DNA of 64,000 nt from an uncultured Christensenellaceae bacterium (GTDB lineage Bacteria > Bacillota > Clostridia > Christensenellales > UBA3700): contig CAJUMY010000001.1 in assembly GCA_910587685.1 (NCBI GenBank), forward strand, positions 193,268 through 257,267, in the 5' to 3' direction. A program made the position numbers and the translations under genes. How positions within the stretch are numbered: position 1 is the first letter of the stretch; each line of letters starts with the position of its first letter. Of the stretch, positions 8,793 to 18,690 are shown in pieces. The notes under the pieces were generated by a model. That model was not told the DNA's origin. It saw only the letters and a list, made by a program, of their open reading frames with translations, and searched no databases.

Positions 8793-11297
8793 TCACTTGT
8801 TTGGCGTATAAGTGAGTTTGCCCGCGTTGACGTCAAAATCTATTATGACGGTATCGCCTATGGCGACTTTGTTCATCAATATCTGCTCGGAAAGTTCGTC
8901 CTCGATGTTTTTCTGGATAGCTCTTTTGAGCGGACGAGCTCCGTATTCGCTGTCAAAGCCTTTGTCGACGATGAAATCTTTTGCCCTTTCCGTAATCTTT
9001 ATATTGATATTCTGCGACTTCAATCTCTTTGCGAGAGACTTTATCAGAATGTCGGCGATCTCTCCGATATCTTTCTTCTCGAGCGACTTGAATATTATTA
9101 TATCGTCGATACGGTTTATGAACTCAGGTTTCATCGTACGCTTTAGAGCGCTGAGCTGTTTTTCCTTGATGTTTTCGTAATCGCTTTCGCCGCTTGCGCC
9201 GAAACCTAATTTCGTATTCTTCTTTATCTCGCTAGCTCCGATATTGCTCGTCATGATAATTACGGTATTCTTGAACGAAACCGTTCTTCCGTGCGAATCG
9301 GTAAGACGTCCGTCGTCAAGTATCTGAAGAAGAATATTGAAAATGTCGGGGTGCGCCTTTTCTATCTCGTCGAAAAGAATTACAGAATACGGTTTCCTTC
9401 TGACTTTCTCCGTTAGCTGACCTCCCTCTTCAAAGCCCACGTAACCCGGAGCCGAACCTATCAGTTTCGAAACGCTGATCTTATCCATATACTCCGACAT
9501 ATCGAGTCGTATGAGAAGATCTTCGTCGCCGAACATTGCTTCCGCAAGCGCTTTGGTGAGCTCTGTCTTTCCGACTCCCGTAGGTCCTAAGAAAATGAAA
9601 CTGCCTATAGGTTTTTTAGGATCTTTAAGTCCCGCTCTCGCTCGGCGTACCGCTTTTGCCACCGCGGAAACCGCGTCGTCCTGTCCTATGACCCTCTTCT
9701 TCAAAATATTTTCAAGCTCTAAAAGACGTTTCGATTCGCTCTCGGTAAGTTTTACGACGGGTATCTTCGTCCAGCTCGATACTATCTCCGCGATGTCGTT
9801 TTCGTCAACGGTTATCTTGACTTCTTTCTGCGACTCTTTCCACTTTTTCTTTTCTTCGTCGTGTTTCGTCTTGAGCTGTTCTTTTTCCTTTTTCAGCTTG
9901 CCCGCAAGCTCGAAGTCTTCTCTCCTGCCGGCGGCTTTCATCTCTATATCGGTCTTTACCATTTTGTCCTCGAGCTCTTTGATGCTCTCGGGGATAACGT
10001 GATTCTGTATCCTCTTTTTTGCGGACGCTTCGTCGATGAGATCTATAGCCTTATCAGGCAAAAATCTGTCGCTGATATATCTGTCGGAAAGCTCCGCCGC
10101 AGCCCTTATTGCGCCGTCCGATATCTCGACGTTATGATGCTTCTCATACTTCTCCCTTATGCCTGTAAGAATATGAACGGTATCCTCGACCGTAGGAGGA
10201 TCCACCATTATCGGGTGGAATCGACGCTCAAGCGCGGCATCCTTTTCGATAAACTTTCTGTATTCGTCGATAGTCGTCGCGCCTATCGTCTGCAGTTCGC
10301 CTCTTGCCAGCATAGGCTTTAGCATATTCGCGGCGTCGACGCTTCCCTCCGAAGTAGCTCCTGCGCCTACTATCATATGGATCTCGTCGATAAATAGTAT
10401 TATATTACCGTCCTTCTTGACAGCCTCTATGAGATTCTTTAGTCTTTCTTCGAATTCGCCCCTGTACTTCGTGCCGGCAAGAGCGCTCGCTATATCGAGA
10501 GAAAGTATTTTCTTTCCCTTGAGTATGTCGGGAACGTCGCCGTCGACGATCGCCTGAGCCAATCCCTCTACTATGGCTGATTTGCCGACGCCCGGCTCGC
10601 CTATAAGTACGGGATTGTTCTTCGTTCTCCTAGTCAAAGTCTGGATTATCGACTGTATCTCGCTGTTTCTTCCTATAACGGGATCAATCCCTCCGTCCTT
10701 CGCCTTTTGCGTCAAATCATGACATATATTCGCGATGGCTTCGTTCTCTTTCGCGCCGCCGCGAGCTTCGTATTCATTGCCGTAGCCAAACTCGGAGTAT
10801 CCTTCGCCCGACTCCTCTCTCTCTCCGAATATTCGCTTCGCTATATCTTCCGCGTCGCTCGAATCGATCATCTTGATATTTATACCGCCGTTACCTTTCA
10901 GCAACTGCTTCTTCAGCATTAGCGCAAGAGTATTGATATCGACGCCCAGCGTCAAAAGTATTCTCACAGCGTAAGAGTTCCTTTCTCCCAATATTGCGAG
11001 CATGACGCACATTTCGTCAACTGCGCCAAGTCCGGCGCTATTTGCGTAATATCTTGCGTTATTGATAACTTTCTTGCTCCTCTCCGTCAACACGACGACC
11101 TTTGACTTGACGCTGAAATTGAAAAAGTCCTTCATAGTCTCATACGTTACGCCAAAGCCGTTAAGTATCTCGCTCGTAGGAGTATCGACGCTCAATATTC
11201 CCAGCATTATGTGTTCAGTACCGACCTCTCCGCCACTCTTGCTCGCGTATCCGCCGGCATAATTCATTACTTCGTTCAAACTTGCCGAAAATTCCAT
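8793..11297 (-). CDS. clpC: ATP-dependent Clp protease ATP-binding subunit ClpC
   Basis: Two AAA+ modules (GEPGVGKSA, GPTGVGKTE), Clp_N repeats, and a position downstream of mcsB. Confidence 0.95.
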   Translation of the reverse strand: MEFSASLNEVMNYAGGYASKSGGEVGTEHIMLGILSVDTPTSEILNGFGVTYETMKDFFNFSVKSKVVVLTERSKKVINNARYYANSAGLGAVDEMCVMLAILGERNSYAVRILLTLGVDINTLALMLKKQLLKGNGGINIKMIDSSDAEDIAKRIFGEREESGEGYSEFGYGNEYEARGGAKENEAIANICHDLTQKAKDGGIDPVIGRNSEIQSIIQTLTRRTKNNPVLIGEPGVGKSAIVEGLAQAIVDGDVPDILKGKKILSLDIASALAGTKYRGEFEERLKNLIEAVKKDGNIILFIDEIHMIVGAGATSEGSVDAANMLKPMLARGELQTIGATTIDEYRKFIEKDAALERRFHPIMVDPPTVEDTVHILTGIREKYEKHHNVEISDGAIRAAAELSDRYISDRFLPDKAIDLIDEASAKKRIQNHVIPESIKELEDKMVKTDIEMKAAGRREDFELAGKLKKEKEQLKTKHDEEKKKWKESQKEVKITVDENDIAEIVSSWTKIPVVKLTESESKRLLELENILKKRVIGQDDAVSAVAKAVRRARAGLKDPKKPIGSFIFLGPTGVGKTELTKALAEAMFGDEDLLIRLDMSEYMDKISVSKLIGSAPGYVGFEEGGQLTEKVRRKPYSVILFDEIEKAHPDIFNILLQILDDGRLTDSHGRTVSFKNTVIIMTSNIGASEIKKNTKLGFGASGESDYENIKEKQLSALKRTMKPEFINRIDDIIIFKSLEKKDIGEIADILIKSLAKRLKSQNINIKITERAKDFIVDKGFDSEYGARPLKRAIQKNIEDELSEQILMNKVAIGDTVIIDFDVNAGKLTYTPNK

Positions 11298-11392
11298 ATA
11301 TCTCACCTCTCGATTATGTTTTCCTTTTATGATTTGTATAGTACTATTCTATAATATATAGTATATGTATAATTGATTTTGCATTTATACCG

Positions 11393-12403
11393 CTATTGAT
11401 CTATCCTGAGTATAGCATTGCGAACCGTCTTCGCCCGTTCTATATCGCGTTCAAGAGCGCTGAGCGAACGACCCGATCTCTTGATTATCTCGGCGCTGCC
11501 GATACTCTCAGTGAGCCTATTCAAAGTCTTCATATCCGTAGACTTTATAATGCCGTACGATACGCCGAGCTTTACGAGAGATATGTTGCCCATACACTCG
11601 CGCGACGTCATCATATACGCGTTAGTGAGTATTCCGTATGCTCTCGTTATCTTGTCTATCAGTCCCGCGCCCTGCTCTTTCAGAATAACGTCTCTTATCT
11701 TCATCTCATTGTCCGCCACTTTGAGAGCGAACGTCTCGACGCGTCTTAAAATATCTTCTTCGCTGATTCCGAGACTGATCTCGTTACTTATCTGATACAT
11801 ATAGCCGTCGGCATTGCTTCCTTCTCCGTATATGCCGCGAGCCGTTAATCCCAGCTTTTGCGCCGTATTGATAACGGAATTCATACTGTTAGTCATTGTG
11901 AGCGCGGGGAGGAACATCATGACGGACGCCCTCATTCCCGTTCCGAGATTACTCGGACAGCTCGTCAGATATCCCAGCTTGTCGTCAAAAGCTATATCGA
12001 GATTTTCAGCCAATCTATCGTCGATATCCGATATCTTTTCATACGCTCTCCTAAGTTCCATTCCCTCGAGCATACACTGCGCTCTCACGTGATCCTCTTC
12101 GTTCACCATTATCGAAAGAGTTCTGTCGCGGCTGATGATAACGCTGCCGTTCTCGATATTTCTGACAAGGTCGGGACTGATAAGATGCTTTTCCAAGAGC
12201 GCCATTCTGTCGACCTCGTTCATTCTGCGCATTTCGTAATACTCGTATTCGAACGTATCGCCTATCGCGTCTTTTATACCTTTAAGAAGAACGCTGTACA
12301 CGCGCTCGTCATTGGAAAGTTTTTTGGGGAACGGCATACCGTTCACGTTTCTTGCTAGTCGTATACGGCTAGATACGACTACTTTATCCAATCCTTCCGC
12401 CAT
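11393..12403 (-). CDS. mcsB: Protein arginine kinase
   Basis: ATP:guanido phosphotransferase motifs (CPSNLGTGMRASV), within the ctsR-mcsA-mcsB-clpC operon. TAG stop. Confidence 0.9.
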   Translation of the reverse strand: MAEGLDKVVVSSRIRLARNVNGMPFPKKLSNDERVYSVLLKGIKDAIGDTFEYEYYEMRRMNEVDRMALLEKHLISPDLVRNIENGSVIISRDRTLSIMVNEEDHVRAQCMLEGMELRRAYEKISDIDDRLAENLDIAFDDKLGYLTSCPSNLGTGMRASVMMFLPALTMTNSMNSVINTAQKLGLTARGIYGEGSNADGYMYQISNEISLGISEEDILRRVETFALKVADNEMKIRDVILKEQGAGLIDKITRAYGILTNAYMMTSRECMGNISLVKLGVSYGIIKSTDMKTLNRLTESIGSAEIIKRSGRSLSALERDIERAKTVRNAILRIDQ

Positions 12404-12990
12404 TATCTATCTTCCCTCCCGTTCATCTTGTCGAGTTCTCGCTTTATTCTGCCCGCATCGTCATACCGCTCCTCGTCGACTGCCTTTTTGAGTTCGATAC
12501 GCAGTCGCTTCTGTCTTTCTTCTGCGCTATTCGAATCTTTAGCATCGCAACCGATATTGCCGTCTGAACGTCCTTCGCAACTATCGCCCTTGGATGTCGC
12601 GGCATTATCCGTTACGGAATTTGAACTCAGAACTCTTTTCAGACCTTTCGGACTCTTTCCCCTATGCGTATTGCCTCCCGATATTCTCATCGCGCAATCG
12701 TTGATCATATCGGCGAACGTATTATAACATTCGACGCAGCCCAACCTGTATCCGTCAATAAATTCTTTTTCCGTCGTTCCGCAATTTCTGCATACTCTTA
12801 TGCCGCGTCTCTTCTTAGGCGCGACTCCGAAGAGCGACGCTATAATATTGTCGGGAAACAGCTCGTGCGAAATCGTATACGACTTATCGCATTCCGAGCA
12901 CAGATACTGCTCCGAATATACTCCGTTGATATAGACCTTTGTCAGTGTAGTCGCAGGTCTCTTTCCGCATTTTTCACACATTATCGCCAT
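12403..12990 (-). CDS. mcsA: McsA, activator of protein arginine kinase (CxxC zinc fingers plus UVR motif)
   Basis: N-terminal CEKCG...CSEC and CRNCG...CVEC pairs, C-terminal UVR-like ERYDDAGRIKREL. Operon position. Confidence 0.85.
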   Translation of the reverse strand: MAIMCEKCGKRPATTLTKVYINGVYSEQYLCSECDKSYTISHELFPDNIIASLFGVAPKKRRGIRVCRNCGTTEKEFIDGYRLGCVECYNTFADMINDCAMRISGGNTHRGKSPKGLKRVLSSNSVTDNAATSKGDSCEGRSDGNIGCDAKDSNSAEERQKRLRIELKKAVDEERYDDAGRIKRELDKMNGREDR

Positions 12991-12993
12991 ATA

Positions 12994-13458
12994 TCATTCA
13001 CACTCCTTCATAAGATGCACCAGCATCTCCTTAAATATATTTTTCCTCAAATTGTCTGAGAATTTAACAGGTAGATTCAACGATTTGTCCGACAAAGCGC
13101 TTTTCATTATTTCCCCCTCTCTCGAGCTTATCACGTCTTCTCTTACAAGTCTGGCAATGTAATTTTCCGTTCTGTTTTGACTGAGATGTTCTATCTTGTC
13201 GACTTCGTCATAAACGCACTTTATAAGCGTCGATCTGTCGCCCGTCAAGCGTATCAGCGTTATGAATCCGCCTCCTCCGCGTTTGCTTTCGATAACGTAT
13301 CCTTTGTCAAGAGAAAACCTTGTCGACAAGACGTAATTGATCTGGCTGGGAGCTACGGAAAAATAGTTCGCGAGCTCGTTACGCGAAAGCTGAACTTCGC
13401 TGTCGTCTCCAAACACGCCGTCTATAAACTCAGCTATGAGATCGCTCATATTTGCCAT
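12994..13458 (-). CDS. ctsR: Class III heat-shock repressor CtsR
   Basis: QLSRNELANYFSVAPSQINYVLSTRF HTH and GGGGFI glycine loop. Start set at MANMSD behind GGAGG. Confidence 0.9.
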   Translation of the reverse strand: MANMSDLIAEFIDGVFGDDSEVQLSRNELANYFSVAPSQINYVLSTRFSLDKGYVIESKRGGGGFITLIRLTGDRSTLIKCVYDEVDKIEHLSQNRTENYIARLVREDVISSREGEIMKSALSDKSLNLPVKFSDNLRKNIFKEMLVHLMKECE

Positions 13459-13700
13459 ATTCTTACCTCCTATCTCGATTTTGCTATAAAAAGTCAATAT
13501 CCAATTATAATTATACGCCTATTAACAGCTTTGTTTTCGAGCGATTTTGTCATAATAACGCTCAATTTAACGATACTTCCTATAAATAGCAAATTATAAA
13601 ACAGTTTTCTTTTGACCGACCGCTATTTTATCTAAAGATACTATTGATAGTTCGTATGTTTGAAGCCGTATTCGGAGAAAGTTTGATTTGTCAAATATTT

Positions 13701-13717
13701 TTTGACTTTCTTTGACC
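13701..13717 (-). promoter_or_regulatory. CtsR operator (direct heptad repeat)
   Basis: The minus strand reads GGTCAAAGAAAGTCAAA, matching the consensus (A/G)GTCAAA-NAN-(A/G)GTCAAA. It lies immediately downstream of the -10 box. Confidence 0.85.
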
Positions 13718-13728
13718 TTTACAATATC

Positions 13729-13756
13729 ATTATATCACTGTTTTATCTTTTGTCAA
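13729..13756 (-). promoter_or_regulatory. SigA-type promoter of the ctsR-clpC operon
   Basis: The minus strand reads TTGACA, a 16-nt spacer, then TATAAT. Confidence 0.7.
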
Positions 13757-13911
13757 TGCTTTTAAGTAAATTATTTGTAAAATTTGACAACTAAATCAAT
13801 GGAAAATCAGAAATCAATATAACGAGATATAACACAACAGCGCATTATGTCAATGCCATTCAATGCCATTGTTATTATCAAAATATAAAATCTTAATAAC
13901 AAATAACGTTT

Positions 13912-14388
13912 CTAAACCGATACGTTTAATATTTCTATCGCCTTTATAACGTGCTCTTCCTCGAGTCCCGCCCTAAATTGAGGTTCTGTTCTAACGAATC
14001 GCTCGACAAATTCTCCCCAATCGAACATATAGTCGTCGATTATCACGAAAGAATCTATCTTTTCATCCGTCGTATCGAGCCATTCCTTTATCTCTTCGCG
14101 TCTTGACGCCATTATTCCGAGATCGGACGTTTTATCGTAAATAGTAAGTCCGAATTTTGCAAAAATCTCGTTGATATATCGTCCGTCTTCGTCGCATAAA
14201 GAGCTATCCGCGTTCCAGTGATACCGCCAAGTGGAGCTAAGCACTATCTTAGCGTCGGTCGCATCCACTATCTCTTTTACTAGCGGAACTCTCGTCTCGT
14301 CTATATCAGTCTGCTTCGAATAATCCCTTGTCTTATCATACTTACGTGAATTTAATACGCCGTCGATATCTAAAAAAACAACTTTCAC
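13912..14388 (-). CDS. HAD-superfamily hydrolase (small, single domain)
   Basis: N-terminal FLDIDGVLN motif I, SSTWR motif II, and IIDD. Confidence 0.65.
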   Translation of the reverse strand: MKVVFLDIDGVLNSRKYDKTRDYSKQTDIDETRVPLVKEIVDATDAKIVLSSTWRYHWNADSSLCDEDGRYINEIFAKFGLTIYDKTSDLGIMASRREEIKEWLDTTDEKIDSFVIIDDYMFDWGEFVERFVRTEPQFRAGLEEEHVIKAIEILNVSV

Positions 14389-14564
14389 AATAAAACGTCT
14401 CTCCCTATTTCGCGTTCAAATTCGTACGATCACGTATTAATATCAATAATTGAACGATTTCTTACGAAATTAAAAACTATCCATCAAATTTATTATACAT
14501 ATATGATATATTATAAAATATGAAGGTATTTTGAAACATTCATATTCTTGGCTTTTGATTTTAT

Positions 14565-15080
14565 TTACAACCTCTTCGACATATAGATACATATGTCATC
14601 ATAACCCAGCTTTTCGTACAATTCCTTAGCGTTCGCGTTAGGCTTGAACACTTCGAGCTGAACGTATTCGCAGTTATTATCTTTAAAATATTCTTCTGCG
14701 GATTTTATCAATAACTTACCTATACCTTTGCCTCGCTCTTCGCATTTGACTACAAGGTCGCTGATAAATCCGACTTTCGGACATACCGTCGTAAATTCCG
14801 ATTCTCCGCCGCCGCAAAAAATCTTGCAAATTATACAACCTATCGCCTTTTCATCTCTTTCCGCAACAAAAATAATTCCGTTATGAATACTTACTTCTTT
14901 TTGAACGTAGTCGAAATATCCGTCGCGAAAACTTTCTTTTAGCGTTAAAACTCCCCTCTTATCTAGACTCGTCAAATGTTTCTGCAATTCGACTAACAGA
15001 TCTTTAACGTCGGATTCATTACGTTTAGCATATTCCTTGATTTCCAACATTACGTATCTCTGCTCCCTTTGTTCTTTCAA
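14565..15080 (-). CDS. GNAT family N-acetyltransferase
   Basis: Acetyl-CoA binding motif RGKGIGKLL plus C-terminal ELYEKLGY. Confidence 0.8.
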   Translation of the reverse strand: MKEQREQRYVMLEIKEYAKRNESDVKDLLVELQKHLTSLDKRGVLTLKESFRDGYFDYVQKEVSIHNGIIFVAERDEKAIGCIICKIFCGGGESEFTTVCPKVGFISDLVVKCEERGKGIGKLLIKSAEEYFKDNNCEYVQLEVFKPNANAKELYEKLGYDDICIYMSKRL

Positions 15081-15682
15081 TCATTATCGGGCTGCTGTCC
15101 GTCATGCGCATTCCAAACGCACTCGCCTATTTCCATCTCGCTAAACACAGCCTTGAATGAGGAATCCTCAGGAGAACAAGCGTATATTCCAAATCGTATC
15201 TTACCGTTCGCATTCATAAGATGACATATGCGCATCTGTGAAAACGTCACCCCGTCGAATGAACATTCGATACGAAAGTCATCTTCCCTACGGCTCATGC
15301 GATACCAAACGGTTTTTATCAAAGCATCTATCTCCGTCGTTGCCCAATCGGAATATCCGTTGTTTGTAACAACGCTACCCAAATGCTGATAGCTTTCACT
15401 CTCATATTCCACAGAACCCTTTAACCAGTTCTCACTGTCGAGATATACGATAACGCCGCACTGATCGAATCGGTGATGACTTTCCGAAAAGTCGGTCTTT
15501 ACCGTAAAACTAAAAAATTTCTCATCCGTTTCCGTAAGAAACATAGGCGCGTTATCGTTTCTAAAATGATAATACGTCCTCTGCCATAAATCGGTAAACG
15601 GTTTTGTGATAACTTCTATTTCGTTATTATTTATATTGTATCTTTTAGGTTCTCTTTCCCAAGAAAAATCATCAAAGTTCAT
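15077..15682 (-). CDS. DUF1349 family protein (concanavalin-like fold)
   Basis: KPFTDLWQRTYYHFRNDNAP and DQCGVIVYLDSENWLK are characteristic of DUF1349. Start set behind GGGAGG. Confidence 0.65.
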   Translation of the reverse strand: MNFDDFSWEREPKRYNINNNEIEVITKPFTDLWQRTYYHFRNDNAPMFLTETDEKFFSFTVKTDFSESHHRFDQCGVIVYLDSENWLKGSVEYESESYQHLGSVVTNNGYSDWATTEIDALIKTVWYRMSRREDDFRIECSFDGVTFSQMRICHLMNANGKIRFGIYACSPEDSSFKAVFSEMEIGECVWNAHDGQQPDND

Positions 15683-15742
15683 ACTAATATTTCCTCCCAT
15701 ATCATACTAAATATCCTCGCTATCAAAAATAGCGATCAAAAA

Positions 15743-16213
15743 TCAATTTTCTCTTGTCACGATGTGCTCTATGCCTTTATGTTCATTGCGTAAATATTCT
15801 TTCATAAACGAAGGGAAAGCCTTATATTTATCAAGATCCTTTATAGGTATCCACTTCATATTTTCTTTTACACCCATAGTATAGCTTTTACTGTTCAACT
15901 CCTGTGTTCCGCGTGATTTCATCAAATAATAAAAAGCAACTTCATGCCAGCGTGATCCATTATCGCCGTCAAAAAAGTTTTCGTGAATTACCGCCAATCT
16001 TTCGATTTCGTAAAAGACTCCCGTCTCTTCAAAAACTTCACGTTTTACGGCATCTTCCGAGCTTTCATCCATATGTACGCCGCCGCCAATAGAGTAATAA
16101 TAATCTACCAGTTCATTCCCTGCAAATAGTACGCAATCATTCTCTATAATGATAGCGGCAGCCCTATATCTAAACCGGTTATCGTCTTGCGTAAAGCTAC
16201 AATCGTATGACAT
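15743..16213 (-). CDS. NUDIX hydrolase
   Basis: Nudix box GGGVHMDESSEDAVKREVFEETGV. Confidence 0.85.
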   Translation of the reverse strand: MSYDCSFTQDDNRFRYRAAAIIIENDCVLFAGNELVDYYYSIGGGVHMDESSEDAVKREVFEETGVFYEIERLAVIHENFFDGDNGSRWHEVAFYYLMKSRGTQELNSKSYTMGVKENMKWIPIKDLDKYKAFPSFMKEYLRNEHKGIEHIVTREN

Positions 16214-16528
16214 GAGTGTTCTCCTTAAAATATGCGTCTATATAACTTTATATCATATAATAGCTTAAATGTCAATTTTCGATAGATTTTTCTATAAGAA
16301 CAAATAATCGATTAAAGGCTTTAATAATTTATTTCCGTTAAAATTTTATAAACAATATCGACTGATTAACTTCAATTCAACGCAAAAAGACTTTGAACGG
16401 TATCTACACGTATCACAGTCCTTTATTCTAAAAATCATATCTGCATGTCGCTTTAGCGGCGCCGTCGAGCGTAGCGATATCGGTGATAAAGTTGCCGGTG
16501 TCTTCTCTTCAAAATCAAAATAACGCCA

Positions 16529-16765
16529 TTATTTCACTTCATTTTCTTCATTTGTCTTTTGTTTCTTATCTTTAACAATAGCTTTTGCCTCGCTGATCAC
16601 TATAGTAATGAGTCCGACAAATCCTATGATTGCGCTTGGTATGCCAAGAATACAAGTTATCAATATCGATACAAGCACATCGCTACTTAAAAACGTCGAT
16701 ATAATGCAACCGACAGTAAAAAGCGTTATAAATATAGCAGTTAATAAATTCTTACTCTGTTTCAT
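16529..16765 (-). CDS. Small membrane protein with two TM helices and a charged C-terminus
   Basis: Two hydrophobic stretches followed by KDKKQKTNEENEVK. AT-rich region. Confidence 0.45.
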   Translation of the reverse strand: MKQSKNLLTAIFITLFTVGCIISTFLSSDVLVSILITCILGIPSAIIGFVGLITIVISEAKAIVKDKKQKTNEENEVK

Positions 16766-16779
16766 AATTTTCTCCTTTA

Positions 16780-17547
16780 TTATTCATAAACTATGTCTTC
16801 CCATAATGTCCACTGATATGTATATTTTGAAAGATTTAATTTGAAAGTTGTTCTTAATTCAGTATCTCTTGAATCTGTGAATTCAAAACTTGCGCTACCT
16901 GCTCCCAAAGTTGTATATGTATGTGTAAATTTAGTTCCGCATAATAATCCTTTTTGGTGATTTTTTAAAACAACCGCACAAGACGGAACAGTCCAATCAA
17001 AAATTTTATGATCATCTAAATTAAATAACATTATTCCATCTTTAACTCTACTGCCATCTGCTTTCGAAATTATATTATTATCTTCATCCGCATAAGATTT
17101 ATAATACTCGCCTTTATTCGGATTCCATTCAATACTAATATAATCCAAAGGTCCAGCAAATACTTCATTGATTTTAGGATCAACAATTGCTGTTACATAC
17201 AAATAGTTTTGTCCTGAAATATATTTTTCAGCTAAAATAATAGACAATTTAAATGAGTCGGGTTTCAAATAATACGTAGATATTTGACCTTCATTATCGT
17301 GATATTCGACGGTTTTAATTTCCTTAAGAATAATACCATAATCACTTAAAATTGATTGTACTTCATCTTTCTCATTATTAATAAAAGTGTCTTTAATAAG
17401 TGAAATATTGTTTTTGTGTGCGCAATCATCATAATCTTCTTCACAAAAACTGTTTACACTATTTAGAAAAATTCCAGACATGAGTACAATTAATGATATC
17501 AATAAAAAAATTGTTATACAGCTGTAATGCTTCTTAAAACTTAACAT
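16780..17547 (-). CDS. Hypothetical secreted or membrane-anchored protein
   Basis: N-terminal hydrophobic signal/anchor (ITIFLLISLIVLMSGIFL). I recognised no family. AT-rich. Confidence 0.5.
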   Translation of the reverse strand: MLSFKKHYSCITIFLLISLIVLMSGIFLNSVNSFCEEDYDDCAHKNNISLIKDTFINNEKDEVQSILSDYGIILKEIKTVEYHDNEGQISTYYLKPDSFKLSIILAEKYISGQNYLYVTAIVDPKINEVFAGPLDYISIEWNPNKGEYYKSYADEDNNIISKADGSRVKDGIMLFNLDDHKIFDWTVPSCAVVLKNHQKGLLCGTKFTHTYTTLGAGSASFEFTDSRDTELRTTFKLNLSKYTYQWTLWEDIVYE

Positions 17548-17729
17548 GGTATTTTCTCCTTGTTTTTTAATAGCATAACATATTATACTCTAAAAGTCAA
17601 GCCAATATTTGCTAAATACAATATTTTTAAAAATTTTTACAAATATTTTGTTTACTATTATATAAAGTTGTTAAATAGTTATAATCAATTTTGATTAACT
17701 CAACAAATTTATATATGCTAAGCAATAAC

Positions 17730-18097
17730 GTCGAGCGACGCGAGACTAAAGTTCAAACGGTCCTCTGTCTCAGGCAAAAATAAAAAGCCCTTGAGCAGGG
17801 CTTCAGCCTGTGTGTAAAGGTCTCTTTGTCGCCCATTGTCGGACTTGCGTATTGCGTAGCAATGCCGTCGAGCGACGCGAGACTAACGTTCAAACGGTCC
17901 GCTGTCTCAGGCAAAAATAAAAAGCCCTTGATAAGGAGCTTAGCCGGTGTTAAAGGTCTCTTTGGTGCCCATTGTCGGACTTGCGTATTGCGTAGCAATG
18001 CCGTCGAGTGGCACGAGACTAACGTTCAAACGGTCCGCTGTCTCAGGCAAAAATAAAAAGCCCTTGAGCAGGGCTTCAGCCGGTGTCAAGGTCTTTT
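17730..18097 (-). repeat. Tandem array A: about 2.7 units of 136-137 bp downstream of tRNA-Leu, each a tRNA-Leu-like pseudo-tRNA plus a terminator-bearing spacer
   Basis: Units start at 17730, 17867 and 18003. The third unit runs into the real tRNA-Leu 3' end. Pseudo-tRNA segments lie at about 17827-17912 and 17963-18048. Confidence 0.85.
18049..18076 (-). terminator. Intrinsic terminator of the tRNA operon
   Basis: The minus strand reads AAGCCCT-GCTCA-AGGGCTT followed by TTTATTTTTG. An intact copy repeats at about 17776-17803, and the middle unit carries a degenerate copy. Confidence 0.75.
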
Positions 18098-18186
18098 TGG
18101 TGCCGGAGACCGGACTTGAACCGGTACGGTGAGTTAACACCGAGGGATTTTAAGTCCCTTGCGTCTGCCTATTTCGCCACTTCGGC
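18098..18186 (-). tRNA. tRNA-Leu (anticodon TAA)
   Basis: Cloverleaf with long variable arm, anticodon loop CTTAAAA, encoded CCA, 89 nt. Confidence 0.93.
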
Positions 18187-18195
18187 AAACATTAA

Positions 18196-18270
<75 letters not shown>

Positions 18271-18277
18271 ACATTAT

Positions 18278-18353
<76 letters not shown>

Positions 18354-18384
18354 ATAAAATCATTTATTAATGTGTATAAGGTTC

Positions 18385-18690
18385 TCTATCAACTTATCTA
18401 TAAGCATTGTTTGCGTTTTGGTGTCGTTAAACTTCGTGGCTCTTCGCTATACGCTCGAGCAAGGTCTCTTCTCGCCCTCTAACTTCCACCGACAGCTTAG
18501 TTATCAACTTGCTTTTCTATTTTATCAGCTTATTTATAAGCATTGTTTGCGTTTTGGTGTCGTTAAACTTCGTGGCTCTTCGCTATACGCTCGAGCAAGG
18601 TCTCTTCTCGCCCTCTAACTTCCACCGACAGCTTAGTTATCAACTTGCTTTTCTATTTTATCAGCTTATTTATAAGCATTGTTATCTTTA
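18385..18690 (-). repeat. Tandem array B: two identical 136-bp units plus partial copies between tRNA-Val and tRNA-Gly, each a 75-nt tRNA-Val-like segment plus a 61-nt spacer
   Basis: Units 18401-18536 and 18537-18672 look identical by eye. The pseudo-tRNA segments at 18419-18493 and 18555-18629 read GTCGGTGGAAGTT...AACGACACCA on the minus strand. Confidence 0.85.
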
